NCBI RefSeq assembly: GCF_006345805.1
Contig: NC_042999.1
Location: forward strand, 12,648,001 to 12,712,000
Reading direction: 5' to 3'
From: Octopus sinensis
Taxonomy: Eukaryota
Length of the DNA stretch: 64,000 nucleotides
The position numbers and the translations under genes are program-made. The notes beneath the pieces were generated by a model that saw only the letters and a list, made by a program, of their open reading frames with translations, searched no databases and was not told where the DNA came from. Of this stretch, positions 38,101 through 52,845 are shown piece by piece. How positions within the stretch are numbered: the stretch's first letter is position 1; each line of letters opens with the position of its first letter.

Positions 38101-41100
38101 AAGATTTTACTCTCAACAAATCCACAAAGATTTGTAGATTAACTAAATTCCTGCAACCTAAGAGAATTTGCATAAAAATACTGAAAGAAAAAATGTATGT
38201 ATGAAAGAAAAATTAAATTAAATTAACTGTTTAAACCAAGGATCAACAAACTTAATATATCATTGATCCCTTCACAAAATTGTTGATAACTTATGCTTCC
38301 TCCCATGACCACCATCATGTAAATTTCTAAAATAAATTAAAAAGTGTAATTAGTTAAACTTTCTTCATTTACAAACAATAATTTCTTCATTTTTCTTTCA
38401 TCATAACTGCTTTTGAACAAATTTAATGAAAATACTTTATGAAATTGACAAGGAACAATAAAAATTTATATTCTTAAATTTTGGCACTGTCATTTTTTCA
38501 TTTTTATGATTTTTCTTGCCAAATAAACGCACACACACACACTATTTGTTTTACGCTCTTTTATTATTGTTCTTATTTTAGCTGATGTCCATTCTCTGGA
38601 AATCTTTCATCACACACCTGTAACCTCTTCAGCGACTCTTCTCCCACATGTCTCCTCCTTTTCTGTTTAGTTCATTCTGTCTTTCTATGGTGTGTATCCT
38701 TATCTAAATATGTTTGTATCTGTGTGTGTGTGTGTGTGTGTGCACATGTCTATGTGTTTTTTATGTGTGTTTTGTGTGGTACATGGATCCCCATGTACAG
38801 AGAACAGCTGTATGGAATGCAAGATGAACCCACAGGTTAACTGTAAGATTAGGAATGTAGTCTATAGCTTAAGATGTATTAAGGAATGGTATGGAAACAA
38901 GATGACAACTTACTTTGGGGAGATGGCATGCAGCATGGGGGAGCAGACTGGCAAATACTGGCAGGAGGAGCTCAAAGAGGAGAAAAGTTCGTCAGTGCTC
39001 AACGAACATACTCAAGTAAAATATAAAGGCTTCGTTAATAACGTAGAGGTTAAGGTATTATCAACACATAGAACAGACATGACATTTAGATTACAGAGGC
39101 TACACACATANNNNNNNNNNNNNNNNNNNNNNNNNNNNNNNNNNNNNNNNNNNNNNNNNNNNNNNNNNNNNNNNNNNNNNNNNNNNNNNNNNNNNNNNNN
39201 NNNNNNNNNNACACACACAGAGAAACATACATACATAAAACTCATACACACACACAAGACAACATACATAAAACTCATACACACACACAAGACATACATA
39301 CATAAAACTCATACACACACACAAGACACCATACATAAAACTCATCCCACAGAGACAGACATACATCATAAAACTAAACATACACCCCACACAGACTAAC
39401 TACATAAAAACTCATACACACACACACAAGACATACATACATAAACTCATACACACACACACAAGACATACTACATAAAAACTCATACACACACAGAGAA
39501 GACATACATACATAAAACTCATACACACCACAAGACATACATACATAAAACTCATACACACACACAAGACATACATACATAAAACTCATACACACACACA
39601 AGACACACATACATAAAACTCATACACACAGAGAAGACATACATACATAAAACTCATACACACACACAAGACATACATACATAAAACTCATACACACACA
39701 CACAAGACATACATACATAAAACTCATACACACCCGGCAGAGACATACATACATACATCAAACTCATACATACAAACACACAAGACATACATACATAAAA
39801 CTCATACACACACACAAGACCTACATACATAAAACTCATACACAACACACAAGACCACATACATAAAACTCATACAACACAGAGAAGACCTACATACTAA
39901 ACTCATACACACACACAAGACATACATACATAAAACTCATAACACACACACACAAGACATACATACATAAAACTCATACACACACACCAAAGAGACATAC
40001 ATACATAAAACTCATACACACACACAAGACAACATACAAAACTCATACACACACACAAGACATACATACATAAAACTCATACACACACACACAAGACAAG
40101 ACATACATAAAACTCATACACACGAGAAGACATACATACATAAAACTCATATAACACACACACAAGACATACATACATAAAACTCATCCACCACACACAA
40201 GACATACATACATAAAACTCATACCCACCCACAAGACATACATACATAAAACTCATACACACACACACAAGACATACATACATAAAACTCAACACACCAC
40301 ACAACAAGACACACATACAAAACTCATACAACACACACACACAAGACACACATACATAAAACTCATACACACACACACAAGACACACATACATAAAACTC
40401 ATACACACACACAAGACATACATACAAAACTCATACACACACACACAAGACTACATACATAAAACTCATACACACCCACACAAGACACACATACATAACT
40501 CATACACACACAACACAGACATACATACATAAAACTCATACACACACACACAAGACATACATACATAAAACTCATACACACACACAAGACATACATACAT
40601 AAACTCATACACACACACACAAGACATACATACATAAAGCTCATACACACACACAAGACATAGATACATAAAACTCATACAACACACAAGACATACATAC
40701 ATAAACTCATACACACACACAAGACATACATACATAAAACTCATACACACACACAAGACATACATACATAAAACTCATACACACACACACAAGACATACA
40801 TACATAAAACTCATACACACACACAAGACATACATACATAAAACTCATACACACACACACAAGACATACATACATAAAACTCATACACACACACAAGACA
40901 TACATACATAAAACTCATACACACACACAAGACATACATACATAAAACTCATACACACACACACAAGACATACATACATAAAACTCATACACACACACAA
41001 GACATACATACATAAAACTCATACACACACACAAGACATACATACATAAAACTCATACACACACACAAGACATACATACATAAAACTCATACACACACAC

Positions 41101-44100
41101 AAGACACACATACATAAAACTCATACACACACACACAAGACATACATACATAAAACTCATACACACACACACAAGACACACATACATAAAACTCATACAC
41201 ACACACAAGACATACATACATAAAACTCATACACACACACACAAGACACACATACATAAAACTCATACACACACACAAGACACACATACATAAAACTCAT
41301 ACACACACACACAAGACATACATACATAAAACTCATACACACACACACACAAGACACACATACATAAAACTCATACACACACACAAGACACACATACATA
41401 AAACTCATACACACACACACAAGACACACATACATAAAACTCATACACACACACACAAGACACACATACATAAAACTCATACACACACACACAGACATAC
41501 ATACATAAAACTCATACACACACACACAAGACACACATACATAAAACTCATACACACACACAAGACATACATATATAAAACTCATACACACACAAGACAT
41601 ACATACATAAAACTCATACAATCACACAAGACATACATACATAAAACTCATACACACACACACAAGACATACATACATAAAACTCATACACACACACCAA
41701 GACACACATACATAAAACCCATACACACACACAAGACACACATACATAAAACTCATACACACACACAAGACACACATACATAAAACTCATACACACACAC
41801 AAGACACACATACATAAAACTCATACACACACACAAGACACACATACATAAAACTCATACACACACACAAGACATACATACATAAAACTCATACACACAC
41901 ACACAAGACATACATACATAAACTCATACACACACAAGACATACATACATAAAACTCATACACACACACACAAGACATACATACATAAAACTCATACACA
42001 CACACAAGACACACATACATAAAACTCATACACACACACAAGACATACATACATAAAACTCATACACACACACAAGACACACATACATAAAACTCATACA
42101 CACACACACAAGACATACATACATAAAACTCATACACACACACAACACACATACATAAAACTCATACACACACACACAAGACATACATACATAAAACTCA
42201 TACACACACACAAGACATACATACATAAAACTCATACACACACACAAGACATACATACATAAAACTCATACACACACACACAGACACACATACATAAAAC
42301 TCATACACACACACACAAGACATACATACATAAAACTCATACACACACACAAGACACACATACATAAAACTCATACACACACACACAAGACATACATACA
42401 TAAAACTCATACACACACACAAGACACACATACATAAAACTCATACACACACACAAGACACACATACATAAAACTCATACACACACACACAAGACATACA
42501 TACATAAAACTCATACACACACACACAAGACATACATACATAAAACTCATACACACACACACAAGACATACATACATAAAACTCATACACACACACAAGA
42601 CATACATACATAAAACTCATACACACACACACAAGACACACATGCGTAAAATTAAGATGGAATAAGAATAAATTATAAAGAGAGATAAGTAAATAAACGA
42701 AGAAAAAACTATATAAAGGGCACGGATACAAACAATATAGTGAGCACATCCATATACGCATGCACAGACACGCATACACACATGCAAACGCATGTGTAGA
42801 TAAGGATACACACCATAGAAAGACAGAATAGACTAAACAGAGCAGGAGGGGACGTGGGATGGAAGAATCACTGAAGAGCTCACAGGTGTGGGACAAAAGA
42901 TTTCTAGACAATGGACATCAAGTAAAATAAGAACAATTATAAAAGAAGGAAGAATGAATGAATGTCTAATGCAACTGTATACTAGGCAAGAAAAATGAAT
43001 GACCATTCCAAAATATAACAATATCTGTTTCAATACACGGTTTCACATGAAGAATCATGCAAAATAAGTCAATGAACAAAAATCAAAATTCAGTCATATT
43101 GATTTAGTTGGAATATTTAAAGTAAAATATATGTTTGGTGAATACTAGTTTTGGCATCAAATATTTGGCTGGAAATAAGGCAGCAAGCTGGCAGAATCTT
43201 TAGCATGCCAGGCAAAATGCTTAGCAGTATTTCGTCTGTCTTTACGTTCTGCCCAGGTCGACTTTGCCTTCCATCCTTTCGTGGGTTCGATAAATTAAGT
43301 ACCAGCTGCATATTGAGGTCAATCTAATCAACTGGCTCCTTCCCCAAAAATTTCAAGCCTTGTGCTTAGAGTAGAAAAGAATATTTGGCTGGAAATTAGT
43401 GAGTTTTAGCCTTAAATTACTCACACTCATTTCAATTCGTTTTGCTAAAAATTCAACACTGTTTATGCTTCAAATTGTTTCAGCTACTTGTCAATATTGA
43501 TCCTTAAGGATCAATATCTGTGATATTTATGCTTCAAATTGTTTCAGCTATTTGTCAATATAGGTCCTTAAGGATCAATATCTGTGATATTTATGCTTCA
43601 AATTTTTTCAGCTATTTATCAATATAGGTCCTTAAGGGTCAATATCTGTGATATTTATGCTTCAAATTGTTTCAGCTATTTGTCAATATAGGTCCTTAGG
43701 GATCAATATCTGTGATATTTATGCTTCAAATTGTTTCAGCTATTTATCAATATAGGTCCTTAAGGGTCAATATCTGTGATATTTATGCTTCAAATTGTTT
43801 CAGCTATTTGTCAATATTGATCCTTAAGGGTCAATATCTGTGATATTTATGCTTCAAATTGTTTCAGCTATTTGTCAATATAGGTCCTTAAGGATCAATA
43901 TCTGTGATATTTATGCTTCAAATTTTTTCAGCTATTTATCAATATAGGTCCTTAAGGGTCAATATCTGTGATATTTATGCTTCAAATTGTTTCAGCTATT
44001 TGTCAATATTGATCCTTAAGGGTCAATATCTGTGATATTTATGCTTCAAATTGTTTCAGCTATTTGTCAATATAGGTCCTTAAGGATCAATATCTGTGAT

Positions 44101-47100
44101 ATGTATGCTTCAAATTTTTTCAGCTATTTATCAATATAGGTCCTTAAGGGTCAATATCTGTGATATTTATGCTTCAAATTGTTTCAGCTATTTATCAATA
44201 TTGATCCTTAAGCATCAATATCTGTGATATTTATGCTTCAAATTGTTTCAGCTATTTATCAATATTGATCCTTAAGCATCAATATCTGTGATATTTATGC
44301 TTTAACTTGTTTCAGCTATTTATCAATATTGATCCTTAAGGATCAATATCTGTGATATTTATGCTTCAAGTTGTTTCAGCTATTTATCAATATTGATCCT
44401 TAAGCATCAATATCTGTGATATTTATGCTTCAAATTGTTTCAGCTATTTATCAATATTGATCCTTAAGCATCAATATCTGTGATATTTATGCTTCAAATT
44501 GTTTCAGCTAGCTATTTATCAATATTGATCCTTAGGATCAATATCTGTGATATTTATGCTTCCAGTTGTTTCAGCTATTTATCAATATTGATCCTTAAGG
44601 ATCAATATCTGTGATATTTATGCTTCAAATTGTTTCAGCTATTTATCAATATTGATCCTTAAGGGTCAATATCTGTGATATTTTTGCTTCAAATTGTTTC
44701 AGCTATTATCAATGTTGATCCTTAGGGTCAATATCTGTGATATTTATGCTTCAAATTGTTTCAGCTATTTATCAATATTGATCCTTAAGCATCAATATCT
44801 GATATTTATGCTTCAAATTGTTTCAGCTATTTATCAATATTGATCCTTAAGGATCAATATCTGTGATATTTATGCTTCAAATTGTTTCAGCTATTTATCA
44901 ATATTGATCCTTAAGGATCAATATCTGTGATATTTATGCTTCAAATTGTTTCAGCTATTTGTCAATATAGGTCCTTAAGGATCAATATCTGTGATATGTA
45001 TGCTTCAAATTTTTTCAGCTATTTATCAATATTGATCCTTAAGGGTCAATATCTGTGATATTTATGCTTCAAATTGTTTCAGCTATTTATCAATATTGAT
45101 CCTTAAGCATCAATATCTGATATTTATGCTTCAAATTGTTTCAGCTATTTATCAATATTGATCCTTAAGCATCAATATCTGTGATATTTATGCTTTAACT
45201 TGTTTCAGCTATTTATCAATATTGATCCTTAAGGATCAATATCTGTGATATTTATGCTTCAAGTTGTTTCAGCTATTTATCAATATTGATCCTTAAGCAT
45301 CAATATCTGTGATATTTATGCTTCAAATTGTTTCAGCTATTTATCAATATTGATCCTTAAGGATCAATATCTGTGATATTTATGCTTCAAATTGTTTCAG
45401 CTATTTATCAATATTGATCCTTAAGGATCAATATCTGTGATATTTATGCTTCAAATTGTTTCAGCTATTTATCAATATTGATCTTAAGCATCAATATCTG
45501 TGATATTTATGCTTTAACTTGTTTCAGCTATTTATCAATATTGATCCTTAAGGATCAATATCTGTGATATTTATGCTTCAAGTTGTTTCAGCTATTTATC
45601 AATATTGATCCTTAAGCATCAATATCTGTGATATTTATGCTTCAAATTGTTTCAGCTATTTATCAATATTGATCCTTAAGCATCAATATCTGTGATAGTT
45701 ATGCTTCAAATTGTTTCAGCTATTTATCAATATTGATCCTTAAGGATCAATATCTGTGATATTTATGCTTCAAATTGTTTCAGCTATTTATCAATATTGA
45801 TCCTGAAGCATCAATATCTGTGATATTTATGCTTCAAATTGTTTCAGCTATTTATCAATATTGATCCTTAAGGATCAATATCTGTGATATTTATGCTTCA
45901 AATTGTTTCAGCTATTTATCAATATTGATCCTTAAGGGTCAATATCTGTGATATTTATGTTTCAAATTGTTTCAGCTATTTATCAATGTTGATCCTTAAG
46001 GGTCAATATCTGTGATATTTATGCTTCAAATTGTTTCAGCTATTTATCAATATTGATCCTGAAGCATCAATATCTGTGATATTTATGCTTCAAATTGTTT
46101 CAGCTATTTATCAATATTGATCCTTAAGGATCAATATCTGTGATATTTATGCTTCAAATTGTTTCAGCTATTTATCAATATTGATCCTTAAGGGTCAATA
46201 TCTGTGATATTTATGTTTCAAATTGTTTCAGCTATTTATCAATGTTGATCCTTAAGGGTCAATATCTGTGATATTTATGCTTCAAATTGTTTCAGCTATT
46301 TATCAATATTGATCCTTAAGCATCAATATCTGATATTTATGCTTCAAATTGTTTCAGCTATTTATCAATATTGATCCTTAAGGATCAATATCTGTGATAT
46401 TTATGCTTCAAATTGTTTCAGCTATTTATCAATATTGATCCTTAAGGATCAATATCTGTGATATTTATGCTTCAAATTGTTTCAGCTATTTATCAATATT
46501 GATCCTTAATGGTCAATATCTGTGATATTTATGCTTCAAATTGTTTCAGCTATTTATCAATATTGATCCTTAAGGGTCAATATCTGTGATATTTATGCTT
46601 CAAATTGTTTCAGCTATTTATCAATATTGATCCTTAAGGATCAATATCTGTGATATTTATGCTTCAAATTGTTTCAGCTATTTATCAATATTGATCCTTA
46701 AGGATCAATATCTGTGATATTTATGCTTCAAATTGTTTCAGCTATTTATCAATATTGATGCTTAAGCATCAATATCTGTGATATTTATGCTTCAAATTGT
46801 TTCAGCTATTTATCAGTATTGATCCTTAAGCATCAATATCTGTGATATTTATGCTTCAAATTGTTTCAGCTATTTATCAATATTGATCCTTAAGCATCAA
46901 TATCTGTGATATTTATGCTTCAAATTGTTTCTGCTATTTATCAATATTGATCCTTAAGGGTCAATATCTGTGATATTTATGCTTCAAATTGTTTCAGCTA
47001 TTTATCAATATTGATCCTTAAGGGTCAATATCTGTGATATTTATGCTTCAAATTGTTTCAGCTATTTATCAATGTTGATCCTTAAGGGTCAATATCTGTG

Positions 47101-50100
47101 ATATTTATGCTTCAAATTGTTTCAGCTATTTATCAATATTGATCCTTAAGCATCAATATCTGATATTTATGCTTCAAATTGTTTCAGCTATTTATCAATA
47201 TTGATCCTTTAGGATCAATATCTGTGATATTTATGCTTCAAATTATTTCAGCTATTTATCAATATTGATCCTTAAGGATCAATATCTGTGATATTTATGC
47301 TTCAAATTGTTTCAGCTATTTATCAATATTGATCCTTAAGCATCAATATCTGTGATATTTATGCTTCAAATTGTTTCAGCTATTTATCAATATTGATCCT
47401 TAAGGATCAATATCTGTGATATTTATGCTTCAAATTGTTTCAGCTATTTATCAATATTGATCCTTAAGGATCAATATCTGTGATATTTATGCTTCAAATT
47501 GTTTCAGCTATTTATCAATATTGATCCTTAAGGGTCAATATCTGTGATATTTATGCTTCAAATTGTTTCAGCTATTTATCAATATTGATCTTTAAGCATC
47601 AATATCTGTGATATTTATGCTTCAAATTGTTTCAGCTATTTATCAATATTGATCCTTAAGGGTCAATATCTGTGATATTTATGCTTCAAATTGTTTCAGC
47701 TATTTATCAATTGATCCTTAAGCATCAATATCTGTGATATTTATGCTTCAAATTGTTTCTGCTATTTATCAATATTGATCCTTAAGGGTCAATATCTGTG
47801 ATATTTATGCTTCAAATTGTTTCAGCTATTTATCAATATTGATCCTTAAGGGTCAATATCTGTGATATTTATGCTTCAAATTGTTTCAGCTATTTATCAA
47901 TGTTGATCCTTAAGGGTCAATATCTGTGATATTTATGCTTCAAATTGTTTCAGCTATTTATCAATATTGATCCTTAAGCATCAATATCTGATATTTATGC
48001 TTCAAATTGTTTCAGCTATTATCAATATTGATCCTTTAGGATCAATATCTGTGATATTTATGCTTCAAATTATTTCAGCTATTTATCAATATTGATCCTT
48101 AAGGATCAATATCTGTGATATTTATGCTTCAAATTGTTTCAGCTATTTATCAATATTGATCCTTAAGCATCAATATCTGTGATATTTATGCTTCAAATTG
48201 TTTCAGCTATTTATCAATATTGATCCTTAAGGATCAATATCTGTGATATTTATGCTTCAAATTGTTTCAGCTATTTATCAATATTGATCCTTAAGGATCA
48301 ATATCTGTGATATTTATGCTTCAAATTGTTTCAGCTATTTATTAATATTGATCCTTAAGGGTCAATATCTGTGATATTTATGCTTCAAATTGTTTCAGCT
48401 ATTTATCAATATTGATCTTTAAGCATCAATATCTGTGATATTTATGCTTCAAATTGTTTCAGCTATTTATCAATATTGATCCTTAAGGGTCAATATCTGT
48501 GATATTTATGCTTCAAATTGTTTCAGCTATTTATCAATATTGATCCTTAAGCATCAATATCTGTGATATTTATGCTTCAAATTGTTTCAGCTATTTATCA
48601 ATATTGATCCTTAAGGATCAATATCTGTGATATTTATGCTTCAAATTGTTTCAGCTATTTATCAATATTGATCCTTAAGCATCAATATCTTTGATATTTA
48701 TGCTTCAAATTGTTTCAGCTATTTATCAATATTGATTCTTAAGGATCAATATCTGTGATATTTATGCTTCAAATTGTTTCAGCTATTTATCAATATTGAT
48801 CCTTAAGCATCAATATCTGTGATATTTATGCTTCAAATTGTTTCAGCTATTTATCAATATTGATCCTTAAGGATCAATATCTGTGATATTTATGCTTCAA
48901 ATTGTTTCAGCTATTTATCAATATTGATCCTTAAGCATCAATATCTGTGATATTTATGCTTCAAATTGTTTCAGCTATTTATCAATATTGATCCTTAAGC
49001 ATCAATATCTGTGATATTTATGCTTCAAATTGTTTCAGCTATTTATCAATATTGATCCTTAAGGATCAATATCTGTGATATTTATGCTTCAAATTGTTTC
49101 AGATATTTATCAATATTGATCCTTAAGCATCAATATCTGTGATATTTATGCTTCAAATTGTTTCAGCTATTTATCAATATTGATCCTTAAGGATCAATAT
49201 CTGTGATATTTATGCTTCAAATTGTTTCAGCTATTTATCAATATTGATCCTTACGGATCAATATGTGTGATATTTATGCTTCAAATTGTTTCAGCTATTT
49301 ATCAATATTGATCCTTAAGCATCAATATCTGTGATATTTATGCTTCTAATTGTTTCAGCTATTTATCAATATTGATCCTTAAGCATCAATATCTGTGATA
49401 TTTATGCTTCAAATTGTTTCAGCTATTTATCAATATTGATCCTTAAGCATCAATATCTTTGATATTTATGCTTCAAATTGTTTCAGCTATTTATCAATAT
49501 TGATCCTTAACCATCAATATCTGTGATATTTATGCTTTAAATTGTTTCAGCTATTTATCAATATTGATCCTTCAGGATCAATATCTGTGATATTTATGCT
49601 TCAAATTGTTTCAGCTATTTATCAATATTGATCCTTAAGCATCAATATCTGTGATATTTATGCTTCAAATTGTTTCAGCTATTTATCAATATTGATCCTT
49701 AAGGGTCAATATCTGTGATATTTATGCTTCAAATTGTTTCAGCTATTTATCAATATTGATCCTTAAGGATCAATATCTGTGATATTTATGCTTCAAATTG
49801 TTTCAGCTATTTATCAATATTGATCCTTAAGCATCAATATCTGTGATATTTATGCTTCAAATTGTTTCAGCTATTTATCAATATTGATCCTTAAGGATCA
49901 ATATCTGTGATATTTATGCTTCAAATTGTTTCAGCTATTTATCAATATTGATCCTTAAGGATCAATATCTGTGACATTCATACTTCAAATTGTTTCAGCT
50001 ATTTATCAATATAGGTCCTTAAGGATCAATATCTGTGATATTTATGCTTCAAATTGTTTCAGCTATTTATCACCGAGCGTGGCTGTCTGCCAGCCTCGTC

Positions 50101-51930
50101 TGGCACCTGTGTCGGTGGCATATAAAAAACACCATCCTTAAGGGTCAATATCTGTGATATTTATGCTTCAAATTGTTTCAGCTATTTATCAGTATAGATC
50201 CTTAAGGATCAATATCTGTGATATTTATGCTTCAAATTGTTTCAGCTATTTATCAATATTGATCCTTAAGCATCAATATCTGTGATATTTATGCTTCAAA
50301 TTGTTTCAGCTATTTATCAATATTGATCCTTAAGGATCAATATCTGTGATATTTATGCTTCAAATTGTTTCAGCTATTTATCAATATTGATCCTTAAGGA
50401 TCAATATCTGTGATATTTATGCTTCAAATTGTTTCAGCTATTTATCAATATTTATCCTTAAGCATCAATATCTTTGATATTTATGCTTCAAATTGTTTCA
50501 GCTATTTATCAATATTGATTCTTAAGGATCAATATCTGTGATATTTATGCTTCAAATTGTTTCAGCTATTTATCAATATTGATCCTTAAGCATCAATATC
50601 TGTGATATTTATGCTTCAAATTGTTTCAGCTATTTATCAATATTGATCCTTAAGGATCAATATCTGTGATATTTATGCTTCAAATTGTTTCAGCTATTTA
50701 TCAATATTGATCCTTAAGGGTCAATATCTGTGACATTCATACTTCAAATTGTTTCAGCTATGTATCAATATAGGTCCTTAAGGATCAATATCTGTGATAT
50801 TTATGCTTCAAATTGTTTCAGCTATTTATCACCGAGTCTGGCTGTCTGCCAGCCTCGTCTGGCACCTGTGTCGGTGGCATATAAAAAACACCATCCTTAA
50901 GGGTCAATATCTGTGATATTTATGCTTCAAATTGTTTCAGCTATTTATCAGTATAGATCCTTAAGGATCAATATCTGTGATATTTATGCTTCAAATTGTT
51001 TCAGCTATCTATCAATATTGATCCTTAAGGATCAATATCTGTGATATTTATGCTTCAAATTGTTTCAGCTATTTATCAATATAGATCCTTAAGGATCAAT
51101 ATCTGTGATATTTATGCTTCAAATTGTTTCTGCTATTTGTCAATATAGATCCTTAAGGATCAATATCTGTGATATTTATTCTGCATTTTACAGGTTTTGT
51201 TTGGAAACAAACTTCTTTTCAAAATGTCCCCTGGGTCATGCTCCTGTCAAATGTTCATCAGATTTGTGCTTTGATACAATTTGTCCTGGTAAGATTCATT
51301 TATTTTTTATATTATTTTTAATTCAATATATTATATTTTTTTAAACAAAATTCCATTCTTTATAACATTTCAATCTCTCATTTTCACATAGCTTCATCTT
51401 GGTTATACTCATGTGTTTTCAATAAGGCATTACTACGTATATCCTCATCATTTAATGTCCATGTTCCATGCTTATATATCTTTATATATTGGAAAAAAAA
51501 CGAGTAGAAATTTTGCTCTGGATAATTTTTCTTTTAATCTTCATAATGTTTACAGTGAGTTACTCAGACATGAATTTCAAGCTTTCAAGTAGCTGTTTTC
51601 AAACTGAAAAATATATGTTCTACTGGTTGCTTAAATAGCCAAAAAATTTTTTTGTTAGGAGTATATACACAAAAAGAGGAAAAATATATAAAAAATACAA
51701 AGGCATGTGTATAGAAGGTGGAGAAGAAGTGGGGGAAACAAGTAAATGAAATAAAGATAAGAATAACGATAAGACTAATGGTATTTGAGAAGAGGAGAAA
51801 GTAGAGTTAAATCCCTTAAGAATAAAGAAGGGGAGTATTTTGGAGGGGTCATTATTGTTGTGAATTATCAAAAGATTTGAGGTCAGATGTTCAGCTCTCA
51901 CACATGATATGGTGTGTGTATATGTGTATA

Positions 51931-51962
<32 letters not shown>

Positions 51963-52809
51963 AACAGAGCTGGATAACAAAACCGTTCCCTCTTTAGTGT
52001 TCACCCATAATTATGACCCTAGTATCGATCTATTGCATTACAAGTGACCCCTCAGTTTATGGCCACAGGGTATCTTTTGTCTCATAAAAAACAGGGACAT
52101 TTTCATATGACGCACCCATTAAATGTTACAGCAGAAATTGTTTTCACCTCAATAGACGTCATTGATTGGTTGAAATTGCCGAAATGCAAGAAATTAAACA
52201 ACAAATATGTTACAAACTACAGAATTTTCTCAAGAAAGCCAAGAGAAAAAGATGTTTTATAAACACATTCTACCAGTATACGAAGTTTAAAATTTTTTAG
52301 TTACAAAGAAATTATTTTAAAAATCTGTCGGTCAGAGTGAAAAGATCCCAAATTCGCTTTTTTTTTCTTGTTTTTGCTTTCTTTTTCTTTACTTTTTAAA
52401 AATTTTATTCTTATTTCTATATGTGCATACATACATATATACATATACGTACATACGTATTAATCTATGTACACTCATACAATTAAATGTAATTACACAC
52501 ACACACACACACACATTATATATATATATTGCAAATAAGAAAATGGAAGAACAATAGTTGGTTCATCAACTTTCTAAAGTTGATGAACCAACTATTGTTC
52601 TCCTCCATTTTCTTATTTGCAATATAAATTAATGGTAAAATATTTCTTTACTTTCACCCATTTAATACACTAGGTAATGTTATTGCATTGCAATAAAAAA
52701 TACTTGTGTATTAATAATTGGGTATTCTACCAGCAGTATATTGGATAGATATTATCCCTTAGTGGGTTGGACTCACAACCCCTAACTTTCTTGAAGTTAT
52801 ATATATACA

Positions 52810-52845
<36 letters not shown>

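Noticed and set aside
39111-39210. Missing exons hidden in the gap
   Set aside because: Exons 11 and 12 join in phase and align continuously with cassette 1, so none are required. They cannot be fully excluded.
39012-42911. Many Cys/Val/Tyr-rich ORFs (MYVCLVCV...)
   Set aside because: Translations of the minisatellite. The same applies to the ORFs at 14818-15135, 25523-26000 and 7949-8243.
43462-51179. CRISPR array (regular palindromic repeats)
   Set aside because: Head-to-tail tandem units with no unique spacers, eukaryotic intron context, no cas genes.
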